From contig CAXTTL010000001.1 in the NCBI GenBank assembly GCA_964247135.1, positions 32,001 through 96,000 of the forward strand: a DNA stretch of 64,000 nt. Direction: 5' to 3'. The stretch's first letter is position 1, and each line of letters opens with the position of its first letter. The notes beneath the pieces are model-generated. The model was not told the DNA's origin. It saw only the letters and a list, made by a program, of their open reading frames with translations, and searched no databases. Origin of the DNA: an uncultured Deinococcales bacterium. GTDB taxonomy: Bacteria; Deinococcota; Deinococci; Deinococcales; JAAFIG01. This document shows, one piece after another, positions 1 through 11,042 of this stretch. The position numbers were made by a program, and so were the translations under genes.

Positions 1-552
1 TGGACAGATGGCGTTGACCCGAATGCCAAACGGTCCAAGTTCCTGGGCGATGCCATACGTCAAACTGAGCACCGCACCTTTGCTGGCAGTGTAGGCAAAA
101 CTGCCGTCCGACCCCACAAATGCCGAAACGGATGACAGGTTGATGATCGAGCCGCCACCCGCCGCTTTGATGGCTGGCACGGCGTACTTGCACACCAAGA
201 AAACGCCCTTGACGTTGACATCCATCAATTCATCCCACTCCGCCTCGAGCATCGCATCGACCCGACCTTGACGCAAGATTCCTGCCGCGTTGACCAAACA
301 GGTCAGGCGTCCAAAATGGGCAAGGCTGGCTTGAACGGCGCTCGAGACTTCTGCGGCTTGGGTGATGTCTGCCGCCAATGCCAGCACCTGCCCACCAGAA
401 GCCCGTAAATCCGCCTCGAGCGCGGTCAGGCTCTCCGATGCCAGGTCAAGCAATGCCACCGCCGCGCCAGCCTCCACAAACGCCCTGGCGATGGCAGAAC
501 CAATTCCACCCACCGCGCCCGTTACCAACGCCACCTGACCCTCGAGTTCCAT
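1..552 (-). CDS. Short-chain dehydrogenase/reductase (SDR), 3' end runs off the window
   Basis: Manual translation from ATG 552: MELEGQVALVTGAVGGIG (TGxxxGIG), VNAAG, YTASK (YxxxK), GIRVNAICP; open to position 1. Confidence 0.9.
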   Translation of the reverse strand, partial: MELEGQVALVTGAVGGIGSAIARAFVEAGAAVALLDLASESLTALEADLRASGGQVLALAADITQAAEVSSAVQASLAHFGRLTCLVNAAGILRQGRVDAMLEAEWDELMDVNVKGVFLVCKYAVPAIKAAGGGSIINLSSVSAFVGSDGSFAYTASKGAVLSLTYGIAQELGPFGIRVNAICP

Positions 553-562
553 AGCCTTCCTT

Positions 563-1417
563 TCAGCCCTTGACCGCCCCAGCCGTCAAACCCGCCACAA
601 TCCGTTGCTGGAAGACCAACACCAAGACCAACAATGGTACCGTCACCACCACCGAAGCCGCCATGATCTGATTCCAGGGCAATTCAAAACTGCTCGAGCC
701 ACTGAACAGCGCGATTGCCACCGGCACGGTTCTCGAGTTTTCGTTGACGCTGAAGGTCAGGGCGAACAAGAATTCGTTCCAGGCTTGAATGAACGCCAAC
801 AAACCAGCCGTCACCAGCCCAGGCGCGATCATCGGCAGCAAGACTTTATACAGGGCTTGAAACGGTGATGCGCCGTCAATAAAGGCGGCTTCCTCGAGTT
901 CGCTGGGGATTTCGCGGACAAAGCTGGTCAAAATCCAGATCGTAAACGGCAGGGTAAACAGCAAATAACTGAAGATCAAACCCAGAATCGTATCGTACAA
1001 ACCCAAAGTCCGAATCAGCACAAACAGACCGCCCAACACACTGATTTGCGGAAACATCGTGACCGCCAGCATCGCATAATAAATCGGTTGCCGCCCGCGA
1101 AATTGAAAGCGACCTATCGCGTAGGCGGCAAAGACGCCAAACAACAAAGACAACAGCGTTGTGCCGCCAGCCACCAGGAACGAATTGAACAAAAAACGCC
1201 CAAACGGTTGGGTCGTAAAAACACTGGCGTAATTGAGCCATTGCGGCGTTTGCGGAATATAGCTGATTGGCGTGGCGAACAATTGATTGGAGGTTTTTAA
1301 GGAGCTGACAATCGCCCAGTAAAATGGAAACAACAGGTAAAACAACAACACGCCCAGACCAAACCAGAACACGGCTCGAGCTGCCAATTGGCGCAAATTG
1401 AGTTTCTCGAGGTTCAT
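563..1417 (-). CDS. Carbohydrate ABC transporter permease (MalG-type)
   Basis: Hydrophobic segments, EAA loop [13 protein letters not shown]-terminal GLTAGAVKG. Confidence 0.93.
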   Translation of the reverse strand: MNLEKLNLRQLAARAVFWFGLGVLLFYLLFPFYWAIVSSLKTSNQLFATPISYIPQTPQWLNYASVFTTQPFGRFLFNSFLVAGGTTLLSLLFGVFAAYAIGRFQFRGRQPIYYAMLAVTMFPQISVLGGLFVLIRTLGLYDTILGLIFSYLLFTLPFTIWILTSFVREIPSELEEAAFIDGASPFQALYKVLLPMIAPGLVTAGLLAFIQAWNEFLFALTFSVNENSRTVPVAIALFSGSSSFELPWNQIMAASVVVTVPLLVLVLVFQQRIVAGLTAGAVKG

Positions 1418-2331
1418 TTGACCTCGACTTTCAGCGTGACCAAATACACGGTGATGTAGAGCGCCAGAATCAAAAACATGCCCGTCGAAACCGCCGAGCC
1501 GTAACCGAGTGCGCCAAAACTGATCAATTGCTGGCGTGCGTAAATTGACATGCTGATGGTCTCGATTTGGGTGCCAGCCACAATGTAAATCATGTCAAAG
1601 ACCCGCAGGGCGTCGAGGGTGCGAAAAATCAGCGCGACCAACAAACTCGGTCTTAAGAGCGGCAGCGTGATGCGCCAGAATTGCTGCGCCGCACTCGCGC
1701 CGTCCACTCGAGCCGCCTCGTACAATTCTTTGGGAATGCCCTGCAAACCAGCCAGTAAAATCAATGCCATAAACGGCGTGGTCTTCCAAACGTCAATCAT
1801 GATTAAGGCGGGCAACACCAGTTTGGGTTCTGCCAGCCACGCCATCGGCGCACCGATGATCCGCAATTTCATGAAGATGTCGTTGAACACGCCGTAGACA
1901 TCGTTAAACATCCAACGCCACATCTGGCTCGAGACGACCCCAGGAATCGCCCAGGGTACAAGCATGGCGGTGCGCACCAAACCCCGTCCGCGAAATTCGC
2001 TGTGAACCAGCAGCGCGATCACCAGCCCCAGAACAGTCTCGAGTCCGACTGAAATGACCGTGAAGACCACGGTGTTCCAGACAGATCGCCACCAGCGCGG
2101 ATCGCTTGCCAGGGCAATGTAATTGTCAAAGCCGACCCAAATAGGTTGCAACGGAAACTTTAAGATGCTGACATCAAAAAAACTCAGTTGAATGCTGCGA
2201 AACAACGGGTACGCCGCCACAAGCAGCAGAATCAACAAGCTCGGCGCTAACAACAACCAGGCGGTTCTTGCCCGCCAAGCCGCCAAGGAAAAACGCCGAG
2301 TTGGATGTTGAGAGCGTTTCAATTCTTGCAC
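1414..2331 (-). CDS. Carbohydrate ABC transporter permease (MalF-type)
   Basis: EAA loop [18 protein letters not shown] motif, 4-nt overlap with the next gene. Confidence 0.93.
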   Translation of the reverse strand: MQELKRSQHPTRRFSLAAWRARTAWLLLAPSLLILLLVAAYPLFRSIQLSFFDVSILKFPLQPIWVGFDNYIALASDPRWWRSVWNTVVFTVISVGLETVLGLVIALLVHSEFRGRGLVRTAMLVPWAIPGVVSSQMWRWMFNDVYGVFNDIFMKLRIIGAPMAWLAEPKLVLPALIMIDVWKTTPFMALILLAGLQGIPKELYEAARVDGASAAQQFWRITLPLLRPSLLVALIFRTLDALRVFDMIYIVAGTQIETISMSIYARQQLISFGALGYGSAVSTGMFLILALYITVYLVTLKVEVK

Positions 2332-2373
2332 AAGCCAATCCCTTCAACAAGCCTCGAGTCTCGAGAAACAACA

Positions 2374-2406
2374 AGTCCCGCCCATCCTCTTGGAACGAGC
2401 GGGACT
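2374..2406 (-). terminator. Intercistronic stem-loop after the binding-protein gene
   Basis: AGTCCCGC (2374-2381) pairs with GCGGGACT (2399-2406), just past the stop at 2424. Confidence 0.55.
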
Positions 2407-2423
2407 GATCAATCAAAACTTGA

Positions 2424-3722
2424 TTACCACTTTGCGCCCTTAATGCGTTTAAGTTCATCCTCGAGGGCTTGCAATGCCGCAGCACCCTTTGCTTGACCCG
2501 TCAAGACCGAATTGGCGGCATTCCAGAAGGCTTCTGAGACTCGAGGATACTTGGTTGCGGTGATGGTTGTGGGGCGCACCACGGCGTTGGCGAAAACGCT
2601 GTACAAACGCCCCAAGAATGGACTGGCTTTTAATACATCTGCGTCTTTGTAAACCGAAGGGCGCGAAGGGTTGTAACCACCGACGATGGCGCGTTCTTTT
2701 TGAACCTCGGTGCTGGTCAGGTACATCACCAGATCGGCGGCGGCTTTGACATTCTTCGAGAATCGGTTGACCGACAAACTGTGACCACCAAAGGTCGCGG
2801 CGTTCTTGCCACTTGCCCCAGGACCTTTGGGCAGCACGGTCACGTCAAACTTGCCTTTGACTGGGCTGGTGTCGCCATTGCCGAGCGGGAAGGCGTAGGG
2901 CCAGTTTCGCATGAACGCCGCGTTACCCGCCTGCCAGACCCCTCGAGAATCCTCTTCTTTGTAGGTGGTCACGCCCTTTGGTGAGATCGTGCCGACCCAT
3001 TTTGCTGCCATGTCCAGCGCCGCCGCCGCATTTTTATTGTTGACCGTGACATTGCCCTTGTTGTCCACAATCGTGCCGCCGCCAAACGAGTAAACCCACT
3101 CGAGGGCGTCGCAAGTCAAGCCCTCATAGGCTGCGCCCTGCCAGACGTAACCCCAAAAGTTTGGGTTTTCTTTGCGTTCACCCTGCTGGATTTTGCTCGC
3201 CATGCTGGTCAGTTGCGTCCAACTGGTCGGTGGGTTTTTGTAACCGTATTTCTCGAGCAGGTCTTTGCGGTAGTACAACAAGCCCGCATCGCCGTACCAG
3301 GGCAGGTCAACCAGTTTGCCGTCAACGGTGTCGGCTTCGATCATGCTGGGGAAAAATTCTTTGATTGTGGCTTCGGGAACGTATTCTTTGAGGTCAACAA
3401 AATAATCGGCAAGCAAGCCGGGCCAGATGTTTTCGATTTGGTACACGTCCACATCCGATGATTGCGCCGAGAGTTGCTGTTGAAACAGTGCCAGGCGTTC
3501 GTTGGAAGAGGCAACATTGGGGACAACATCGACCTTGTTGCCGGTTTTTGCCGCCCATTTGTCGGCGGCAGATTTGCACAGCGCTTGCTGGCTGCCAACA
3601 GTCCCGCAGGCGATTTTAAGGGTTAAGCCGCCCTGAGCGACACCCAGATTTGTCACGACGATCCCCACGGCTGCGCTGCCCAACAACGATGCGACCAGAA
3701 CTCCCCTTGAGTACCATTTCAT
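2424..3722 (-). CDS. Sugar ABC transporter substrate-binding protein (trehalose/maltose-binding-like)
   Basis: GGAGG before ATG 3722, signal peptide MKWYSRGVLVASLL, motifs GLLYYRKDLL, YEGLTCDALEW, FMRNWPYA. Confidence 0.9.
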   Translation of the reverse strand: MKWYSRGVLVASLLGSAAVGIVVTNLGVAQGGLTLKIACGTVGSQQALCKSAADKWAAKTGNKVDVVPNVASSNERLALFQQQLSAQSSDVDVYQIENIWPGLLADYFVDLKEYVPEATIKEFFPSMIEADTVDGKLVDLPWYGDAGLLYYRKDLLEKYGYKNPPTSWTQLTSMASKIQQGERKENPNFWGYVWQGAAYEGLTCDALEWVYSFGGGTIVDNKGNVTVNNKNAAAALDMAAKWVGTISPKGVTTYKEEDSRGVWQAGNAAFMRNWPYAFPLGNGDTSPVKGKFDVTVLPKGPGASGKNAATFGGHSLSVNRFSKNVKAAADLVMYLTSTEVQKERAIVGGYNPSRPSVYKDADVLKASPFLGRLYSVFANAVVRPTTITATKYPRVSEAFWNAANSVLTGQAKGAAALQALEDELKRIKGAKW

Positions 3723-3861
3723 AGTTTGCCTCCTCCAATTGTCTTGATCCCGTTCATATTGTAACAATTTATAACGAATGTCAACACATCACAACAAACA
3801 CAAAGACCATCAACACCCAGAGATGCTCGAACAAAAAAGCAAGTTCTGGGATTTGAAGGTT

Positions 3862-4704
3862 TTATCCCTTGACCGCGCCCGCCGTGAGCGCTCGAGCCAG
3901 TTGGCGGTAACTGAGCATTCCAAGCACCAACGGCGGCAAGATGCCGAGGATCATGGCGGCGCTGATTTCGCCCCATTTCACCCCCCAAGAGGTGATGAAC
4001 AGCGTCGAACCCACCGTGACGGGCGTGGCGCGTTGCGTGGTCAGGATCAAGCCAAATAAGAATTCATTCCAAACGTAAATAAAAGACAATATTGCCGTGG
4101 CGGTCATGATCGGTCTGGCGAGTGGCACAATCACAAAACGGAACACCTGCCAGGTGCTGGCGCCGTCCACCCGCGCCGCCGCCTCAACTTCGAGCGGAAA
4201 ATCTTGGACGAAACCAACAAACAAAATCAAAGCCAAGGGAATGTTGATGACTGCACCAATCAATGACAAACCAAGTTGGGTGTCGAGCAAACCAAGCACC
4301 TGAAACATCAGGTAAAACGGAATCGCAAAAATAATCAAAGGAACGGCACGCAAATTTGTCACGACTGGCAACAGAAACCTCGAGCCAAGCTTGAAACGCA
4401 CGATGGCATACGCGGCGGGCAAGGTCAGCGCCAGGGCAATAACGGTTCCGCTAGAGGCAATGACAAGGCTGTTGATCAAAAACTTTGGAAAGTTTAAGGT
4501 CGGGTCGGACAAGACGGTGACGTAATATTTGAGGGTCGGTTGAAAAATCCAGACTGGCGGATTCTTGTAAATATCGGCTATGGATTTGAGCGAAGTCGCA
4601 ACCGTGGCAATGATCGGGAAATTGATCACCACCACGACCACCACAAACGCCAACCAACGTAGCGTCTCGAGCAAAATTTGAAGGCTGGCTCGAGGTTTAA
4701 TCAC
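3862..4704 (-). CDS. Carbohydrate ABC transporter permease (MalG-type)
   Basis: EAA loop [18 protein letters not shown], ends [12 protein letters not shown] 4704 chosen because it overlaps the upstream stop. Confidence 0.9.
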   Translation of the reverse strand: MIKPRASLQILLETLRWLAFVVVVVVINFPIIATVATSLKSIADIYKNPPVWIFQPTLKYYVTVLSDPTLNFPKFLINSLVIASSGTVIALALTLPAAYAIVRFKLGSRFLLPVVTNLRAVPLIIFAIPFYLMFQVLGLLDTQLGLSLIGAVINIPLALILFVGFVQDFPLEVEAAARVDGASTWQVFRFVIVPLARPIMTATAILSFIYVWNEFLFGLILTTQRATPVTVGSTLFITSWGVKWGEISAAMILGILPPLVLGMLSYRQLARALTAGAVKG

Positions 4705-5587
4705 GTCCAGAACCCCGCACCGCAAAACGCATCGACACCAGCAACGGAATGACCGAAACCAACAGCAACAAAATCGACGCGGCAATGGCTGGACCCAGCG
4801 CGTCGGACTGAAAAAAACGTTTGTAAATATAAATGGCGATGCTGGTCGTGACCGTGCCTGGACCTCCGCCCGTTAAAACAAAAATATGATCGAACACCCG
4901 AAACGAATCAATAAAGCGAATAAACGCGGCAATCGAAATGGCAGGCGTCAACAGAGGCAGCATTACAAAGCCAAGCGTCTGCAAAAAATTTACGCCATCA
5001 ATTTTTGCAGCCTCGAGCAACTCTTGAGGCAAGGCTTGCAAGGCGGTGTACAAAATCAAAAAAGCAAACGGCGTCCACTGCAAAATCTCGATCACCACCA
5101 GCGTCACCAGCGCCGTCTGAGGACCAAACAAGTCTATGGGCGGCACGCCAAGAATTTGCAAATAACGCGGCACGACCCCAACGAAATCGTTCAGAATCAG
5201 ACGGTACATGACCCCCAACAGGGCTGGTGAAATCATCATCGGCAAGAGCAGCAACGCCAGCAAGGGCTTGTGACGCTCGAGCAGCGGTTGAAAAATCAGC
5301 GCCATTGCAAAACCCAAGACAATCTCGAGACTCATGCAGATCAAGCCAAACTGCACGCTGAACCAGAGCGCCTCCCAAAATTTCGGGTCTTGAAGCGTCT
5401 CGAGGTAATTGGCAAAACCGATCAAGCTCGGGTTGCGCAAGGTGCGAAACGAGAGGCTGGTCAGGCTGTAATAAAGGTTGGCGAGGATTGGAAACCCCAG
5501 CATCAAGGTCAAAAAAATCACCAACGGCGCGATCAGCCACCGCGCGGTGGAATCGGGTTTGGGCGGCTGGGATTTTTTTTGGGTCAT
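4697..5587 (-). CDS. Carbohydrate ABC transporter permease (MalF-type)
   Basis: QWTPF, ELLEAAKIDG, LTGGGPG motifs. Confidence 0.92.
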   Translation of the reverse strand: MTQKKSQPPKPDSTARWLIAPLVIFLTLMLGFPILANLYYSLTSLSFRTLRNPSLIGFANYLETLQDPKFWEALWFSVQFGLICMSLEIVLGFAMALIFQPLLERHKPLLALLLLPMMISPALLGVMYRLILNDFVGVVPRYLQILGVPPIDLFGPQTALVTLVVIEILQWTPFAFLILYTALQALPQELLEAAKIDGVNFLQTLGFVMLPLLTPAISIAAFIRFIDSFRVFDHIFVLTGGGPGTVTTSIAIYIYKRFFQSDALGPAIAASILLLLVSVIPLLVSMRFAVRGSGRD

Positions 5588-5602
5588 AATTTTGATACAA
5601 AT

Positions 5603-5643
5603 GCAGGCTCGAGAAAGCGATCAGCAATGCTGCTCGAGCCTGC
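5603..5643 (-). terminator. Intercistronic stem-loop with CTCGAG-containing arms
   Basis: GCAGGCTCGAG (5603-5613) is the exact reverse complement of CTCGAGCCTGC (5633-5643), immediately after the stop at 5649. Confidence 0.65.
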
Positions 5644-5648
5644 CCGTT

Positions 5649-6988
5649 TTACTTGGCTGCGGCAAGCTTCGCCATCTTGTCGCTGGCGGCTTTCAATGCG
5701 TCATCGGCGCTTTTTTGCCCAGCCCAGACCGCCGAAAACTCTTCGGCAAGGGCGGTGTAGACCGGAACGGCATAGGCGGCGGTTCCTCCCGTCACCACAA
5801 AGCCGTACTTGCCGAGGTGCTCGGCGACAATCGGGAACTCGGGGCGTTGTTTTGCCATGCCCTTCAGGACGCTCGCCACTGGTGGCAAACCGCCAGCGTC
5901 GGCATAAAGCTTCACTGCGCCTTCTGTGCCAAGATACTCGAGGAACTTGCCCGCCGCGTCTTTCTTGGTGCTGGCTTTGTTCAACCCGATGCCGAGGCTG
6001 TGGACATGGGTTTTATGTCCTTTGGCTCCGGCTGGCATTGGCGCAAGGGCAACCTTGTCAAACACCAGCGGTGATTTTTCCTTGTCCGAAAGCTCGTTGA
6101 AGGCGGCGCTCCATTGAAGCATCACCGCCACCTGACCGGTGCGGAAGGCTTCGTTCGCCTCGGCGTACTCGTAATTGGTTGCGCCTGGTGGCACGGCTTT
6201 GTTCTGAGCAATCGTGGTGTAAACCGCCAGCCCTTTACGCGCCGCGTTGGAATTGATGGTCGGTTTGCCTTGGGCGTTAAACAAATCGCCACCATAACTG
6301 ACCAGGGTGCTTTGCCAGATCATGATGTTAAAGAGCAAATTTTTCATCTGCAATGCCGCGCCGTAAGTGGTTGGCGAATCTGGATTGAGCGATTTGGTGA
6401 AAAACAATGACACGGCAATAAAATCGTCCCAAGTCCAGTTCTCTGGGTCTTTGGGTTTCATGGTCTTGCCAAGGATGTTTTTTGAAATCTCGCCGTAACG
6501 TTTTTGCCAAGCCGCATCGGTCAAGAGTTTCTGCGTCAAGTCCTTGCGATAGTAGGTAAAATGATTGCTGACATCGGTCGGCACACCGTACTGTTTGCCG
6601 CCAAAATTTAAGGAGCTGACCGCCGAGGGCAAGAATCCCGCAATCGCGGTTTTGTTCAAATAACCGTCAACCGGTGCAAGATAGGGCGCGTAGCGACCCA
6701 GCGTGTAGGTCGTGATCAAGCCCAGATCAAACTCGCTCGAGCCTGCCGCCAAATCCGTCTCTTCTTTCTCAAAATAACCTTGCCTCGAAAAGAGAATCTG
6801 TTTGACACTGACCCCGTCTTTTGTGCCCGCGCCCTTGTTGTACCCATCCAGGACTTTCTGCATGGCTTCACTTTCAGGACCGGGCTAGACAATAAGGTGA
6901 CCTCGGTTGGGCTTTGTGCCCTCGAGAAGCCAATGGCAAGCATGAGACCAATGGCGACAGATACGCCTGCAACAAGCTGTTTCCTCAT
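5649..6988 (-). pseudogene. Sugar ABC substrate-binding protein with a frameshift near 6882-6886 (pseudogene or sequencing error)
   Basis: GGAGGAG plus ATG 6988 gives signal peptide MRKQLVAGVSVAIGLMLAIGFSRAQ...EVTLLS; the binding domain (PGPESEAMQKVLDG...YYRKDL) continues in another frame to 5649. Confidence 0.8.
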
Positions 6989-7328
6989 CTTTACTCCTCC
7001 TTGTCCAGACCGGTCTAACCGGATTGCTGGTGTCAGAAATTGCATCGCGCACAAGGGAATGATCCCCAATGCCAGAGGGTTGCTTGGTTTGGAAAGTTCA
7101 ATGGCTGTGACGTGTCAAAAAGTCAGTCGAATAAAGACACTGCGGCAAGAAGTTGACTATCTAACACATATTAACATGTTTTAACACGAAGAGCGCAATG
7201 CTGACCATTGAGCTGGGATTTTGTCATGACTTGAATCCAACAAATTCCAGTGCCTCCCCACATGACTCGAGAAACGCAATACACTCAAATCCGCAACATC
7301 AATAAAAGTCGGCAACCATCGCAAGCCA

Positions 7329-8402
7329 TCAGCTTGGCTCGAGCGCAACATATTCGGTATCGTACTTGAAGTATGCAGGTCCAACCAACTCGAGTCCGGC
7401 TGGACTGCGCCACTGTGGGTCGCAAGGCATTCCAATGACCGCCACGCGAAAACCGTAACGCAAGACTTCGGTGGTGATCGGTTCGCCCGTGTCAAGGTCG
7501 AGCATGGCGATCAGATCGGGGGTGCTGGCAACCGCTTGACCGCCCTGTTCGGCGAGCAAGAATTCGTTTTGAAAAAAAACTTTCAGGCTTTGACCCGCAT
7601 TCGCATCAAACCCCATCAAGCTGGCTTCACCTCGAGCAAAACCGCCCTCGGTGCGGCGCAAGACATCGCCGACCTTGCCATGAAACAAACGTGTGCCGTG
7701 CGTCACCTCGAGCACCGCCTGAACGGGATCGTGGCGTTTGGCTCGAGCCTCAAAAATCGCTTGACCGATGCGTTCGATCAAACTGAGCGTGCCGTGAATC
7801 GTGGCGCGTTTGACCTGAGCGCCAGTCATTGGATAGAGCACCACGGTGGCGCCGCCGCCCATGTCCACCACCACCGAACGGGCAAAACGTTCTGTCCATT
7901 TGTTGTCAATGGTGTTGACCACCAGACTGTTGCCTTTTTCGTCTGCCATGACCATCGGGCTGGCTTGAATGCCGTGCAATGTGGGTAAAACCATTTGAAG
8001 TTCTGGGAAAGCGCGTCCCATCGCGTCGCAATCCACCAAGGGCAAACCCAGAATCGAGGCGACACTGAACGGAATTGTGGAGTTGAGTCCACCCGCCTCA
8101 ATGCACATCACGGCTCGAGCGGACTTGCCAAGGTACGCCTCGAGCGCCCTGAACGCCAAGATCGGCTCGTCGCCTTTGGGCAGTTTTTCGACGATCACCG
8201 TCGGTGCGCCCATCATGGCAACGGGCACGACCAGATCATCATCCTCGAGTTCGCTGACTTCAATCAGTTTGACCGCCCCATGACGCTCGAGGTTGCTTTG
8301 CGCCCAGACCTTGCCGACATAAGGATCGCCGCCGCCGCCCGTGCCGAGAACCGCGCCACCCAAAGCGATGGCTTCCATGTGATAGGCTTGAATCAAGCGC
8401 AT
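7329..8402 (-). CDS. DUF917 family protein
   Basis: LGTGGGGDPY, MMGAPT, EAGGLNS, DCDAMGRAFPELQM, FQNE, STPDLI; adjacent to a hydantoinase-like gene as is usual for this family. Confidence 0.85.
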   Translation of the reverse strand: MRLIQAYHMEAIALGGAVLGTGGGGDPYVGKVWAQSNLERHGAVKLIEVSELEDDDLVVPVAMMGAPTVIVEKLPKGDEPILAFRALEAYLGKSARAVMCIEAGGLNSTIPFSVASILGLPLVDCDAMGRAFPELQMVLPTLHGIQASPMVMADEKGNSLVVNTIDNKWTERFARSVVVDMGGGATVVLYPMTGAQVKRATIHGTLSLIERIGQAIFEARAKRHDPVQAVLEVTHGTRLFHGKVGDVLRRTEGGFARGEASLMGFDANAGQSLKVFFQNEFLLAEQGGQAVASTPDLIAMLDLDTGEPITTEVLRYGFRVAVIGMPCDPQWRSPAGLELVGPAYFKYDTEYVALEPS

Positions 8403-8403
8403 T

Positions 8404-9942
8404 TCAAATCCCCCTCTTGAGGCTCTCGAGGTCGCCAACGACCTTGACGCGAATGCGGGTGGCGTTGCCGGGCAGGTAACTCAAGGGCACGTCTTCGATC
8501 TCGACGACCTCGAGCGAATCAGGTTTTGCCCCCGCAGCGACCGCCCGTTTCTTGGCTTCAATGGTGGCTTCCTCAAGCGCCGCCTCGCGGCTGATCTGCT
8601 CGAACAAATAGACTTTCTCGAGTTCGCCACTGACTTGTGCAATGGCAGCCCCAACCGCGTTGGCAGCCGCAAAATGATTTGGGCGGATGGTCTCGAGGTC
8701 GCCCACTTTGCCGCGCACCAGTACCACGCCACCACCGACCAAAATCACTGGAATTGGGACGGCGGTCAAACGCACGCGGTCTACGGCGGCAAGAATTTTT
8801 GTTTGGATGGCGCTAACGGTGGCTTCGACCATGCTCGGCTCGAGCGTTGAAACCTTGCTCGAGTCGCCAATCTGCGCCAGTCCTGCCGCCACCGCAATGT
8901 CGGTGGCAGTCAGGGTTTGACCGCCGAACACCAAGGCTTGTTGCTCGAGTTGATAACCGACACTTTGCGGTCCGATTTCTGTGCCTTTGATAAGCGAGCC
9001 GCCCCCCAAACCGATGCTGTAAACATCGGGCATTCTGAAATTCGTGCGAACCCCGCCAACCTCGACCGCGACACCCGCCTGACGTGGGAAGCCTTGCACC
9101 AAAGCGCCAACGTCGGTGGTTGTGCCGCCAATGTCCACCACCACCGCTTCTTTGAGTTTGGATAAAAACGCCGCGCCGCGCATCGAGTTGGTTGGTCCGC
9201 TGGCAACCGTCAAAATCGGAAAGTTCTCGGCTCGAGCCGCAGGCATCAATGTGCCGTCGTTTTGGGTCAGAAAGAACGGGGCATCAATGCCAGCTTGCTC
9301 GAGTGCATCGGCAAAAGCCTGCGCGATTTTCTTGCCCAAAGGTTGCAGCGCCGCATTCAAGATCGTGGCGTTTTCACGCTCGAGAAACCCCACACGCCCG
9401 ATAGTGTGTGACAAGGTGATTTTGGCATTGGAAACATGCTCGGCAATGATCTTGCCCGCTTGTTCCTCGAGGTCGTAATTGATGGGCGAGAATACCGAGG
9501 TGATCGCCACGCTGCTCAAACCCCTGGCGTTGATCTCCTGGGCGATGCTCGAGATTTCGTTTGGGTCAAAAATCGAAATTGGGCGACCATCGAACTCGTT
9601 GCCGCCTTTGGCAAAAAACATGTGCTCGCCAATGCAAGCCTTTAAATCTTCAGACCAGGCGGTCATCGGCGGAATCGCCAAAGTCGCAGGTGCGCCAAGA
9701 CGAATGATGGCGACCTGAGCCAGCTCGCGGCGTTGCACGATGGCATTGGTAAAATGCGTCGTGCCGATCATCACGGCATCCACGGCAGGCTTTGCGCCCT
9801 CGAACAAACTTCGCAGCGCCTCGAGCACCCCCGAGGTCACGTCCTGGGTGGTGGGGGTTTTGATGGTGCGGATGACATCAAAACCATCCAGCAGCGCGGC
9901 ATCGGTGTTGGTTCCGCCAACGTCTATCCCGACTCGAATCAT
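8404..9942 (-). CDS. Hydantoinase/oxoprolinase family protein (short HyuA-like)
   Basis: IGIDVGGTNTDA-like start, GTTHFTNA, SGPTNSMRGA, DIGGTTTDVG, GLGGGS, ANAVGAA. Confidence 0.9.
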   Translation of the reverse strand: MIRVGIDVGGTNTDAALLDGFDVIRTIKTPTTQDVTSGVLEALRSLFEGAKPAVDAVMIGTTHFTNAIVQRRELAQVAIIRLGAPATLAIPPMTAWSEDLKACIGEHMFFAKGGNEFDGRPISIFDPNEISSIAQEINARGLSSVAITSVFSPINYDLEEQAGKIIAEHVSNAKITLSHTIGRVGFLERENATILNAALQPLGKKIAQAFADALEQAGIDAPFFLTQNDGTLMPAARAENFPILTVASGPTNSMRGAAFLSKLKEAVVVDIGGTTTDVGALVQGFPRQAGVAVEVGGVRTNFRMPDVYSIGLGGGSLIKGTEIGPQSVGYQLEQQALVFGGQTLTATDIAVAAGLAQIGDSSKVSTLEPSMVEATVSAIQTKILAAVDRVRLTAVPIPVILVGGGVVLVRGKVGDLETIRPNHFAAANAVGAAIAQVSGELEKVYLFEQISREAALEEATIEAKKRAVAAGAKPDSLEVVEIEDVPLSYLPGNATRIRVKVVGDLESLKRGI

Positions 9943-10033
9943 GATGCTCCCTTCTGGGGTGAGGCACAGATTAAATGAGGCTCGAGCTTATCAAACAGCA
10001 AAATCAAATCCGTTTGAGACCAATTCAAAACCA

Positions 10034-10064
10034 TTGACAGATCAAATTTTCTTCACTATTGTTA
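10034..10064 (+). promoter_or_regulatory. Sigma70-type promoter with an overlapping imperfect palindrome (candidate operator of the XRE-cupin regulator)
   Basis: TTGACA 10034-10039, 17-nt spacer, TATTGT 10057-10062; TTCAC-TATT-GTTAA overlaps the -10. Confidence 0.5.
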
Positions 10065-10103
10065 ACAAAATTAGATGGCAATAACAAGACCCCAGAGGCG
10101 AAC

Positions 10104-10640
10104 ATGGATGTCGGAAAAGCGATTCGAGCCAGGCGCAGACAGCTCGATTTAACCTTGGCTCAACTCTCGACGCGCTCTGGCTTGTCCTCGGCGTTCCTGT
10201 CTCAAGTCGAACGCAACTTGGCGGGGCTTTCGGTGACATCGCTCAAACAAATCGCCCAAGGCTTGGAAGTCAGCATGAGTTACTTTCTGGCAATCGAAGA
10301 AGCCGACGAACCCGTGCATTCGATTCACGCGCCACACTTTTTTTCGATTAATGGCTCAAACCTGCGTTACGCAAGGCTTGGTTCGACCACCAACGACCGC
10401 GAACTCGAGCCGCTGTTCGTGGTCTTGCCACCCAAATATGCTTCCGAAGCCTTTCACCATGCGGGCGAAGAATTTGTGTTTGTGATCAAAGGTCAGATTA
10501 CCGTGCAGGTCGGCAAGAAAAAACACCATCTCAAAGCTGGCGACACCGTGCATTACAAATCTGGCATTCGTCATTTGTGGCGCAACGACAGCAACGAAGA
10601 GGTTCAGGTTTTAACGGTCAACACCCCGCCATTGTTTTAA
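10104..10640 (+). CDS. XRE-family HTH transcriptional regulator with C-terminal cupin domain
   Basis: GKAIRARR...SGLSSAFLSQVERN HTH; HAGEEFVFVIKG...GDTVHY...H cupin. Confidence 0.92.
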   Translation: MDVGKAIRARRRQLDLTLAQLSTRSGLSSAFLSQVERNLAGLSVTSLKQIAQGLEVSMSYFLAIEEADEPVHSIHAPHFFSINGSNLRYARLGSTTNDRELEPLFVVLPPKYASEAFHHAGEEFVFVIKGQITVQVGKKKHHLKAGDTVHYKSGIRHLWRNDSNEEVQVLTVNTPPLF

Positions 10641-10652
10641 ACCCCAGGAGGT

Positions 10653-11042
10653 TTGAATGACACAACACTTGGTGAAACCGTGAAAGTCTTCCCACTCGAG
10701 TACCCCGAACGCCCACTGCAAGTCCTCGATCAACTCGAGCTGCCCGCCGAAGCCAGCGCTTCGTTAAGAATGGGCACCGCCAAAGTTCAAAAAGGCGATT
10801 GGATACCCCCAGCGGGATACTCGAGCCACGAGCAACACGAGGTTTCGGTGCTGTTAAAAGGACAACTCGAGATTGAGGTGGGCGGGCAAACCACCGCGCT
10901 CAAACACGGCGAGGTCGTGATGATTCCCGCCCTTGAAGCCCACCGTACCTACGCACTCGAGGATTCAGAACTGATCTGGTTCTGGTTTGGAAATGCCACA
11001 ACAAGCGCCCCTGGCGCGAGCGGTAAAGGAGGAGCGGTATGA
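10653..11042 (+). CDS. Small cupin domain protein
   Basis: SHEQHEVSVLLKG...GEVVMIPALEAH cupin motifs; start codon uncertain. Confidence 0.8.
   Translation: MNDTTLGETVKVFPLEYPERPLQVLDQLELPAEASASLRMGTAKVQKGDWIPPAGYSSHEQHEVSVLLKGQLEIEVGGQTTALKHGEVVMIPALEAHRTYALEDSELIWFWFGNATTSAPGASGKGGAV

Noticed and set aside
3758-3784. Sigma70 promoter TTGACA/TACAAT for the first sugar ABC cluster
   Set aside because: Spacer is only 15 nt; the ATTGTAACAAT palindrome may be an operator but support is too weak
6875-6895. Programmed ribosomal frameshift or phase-variable tract
   Set aside because: No slippery heptamer or long homopolymer at the frame junction
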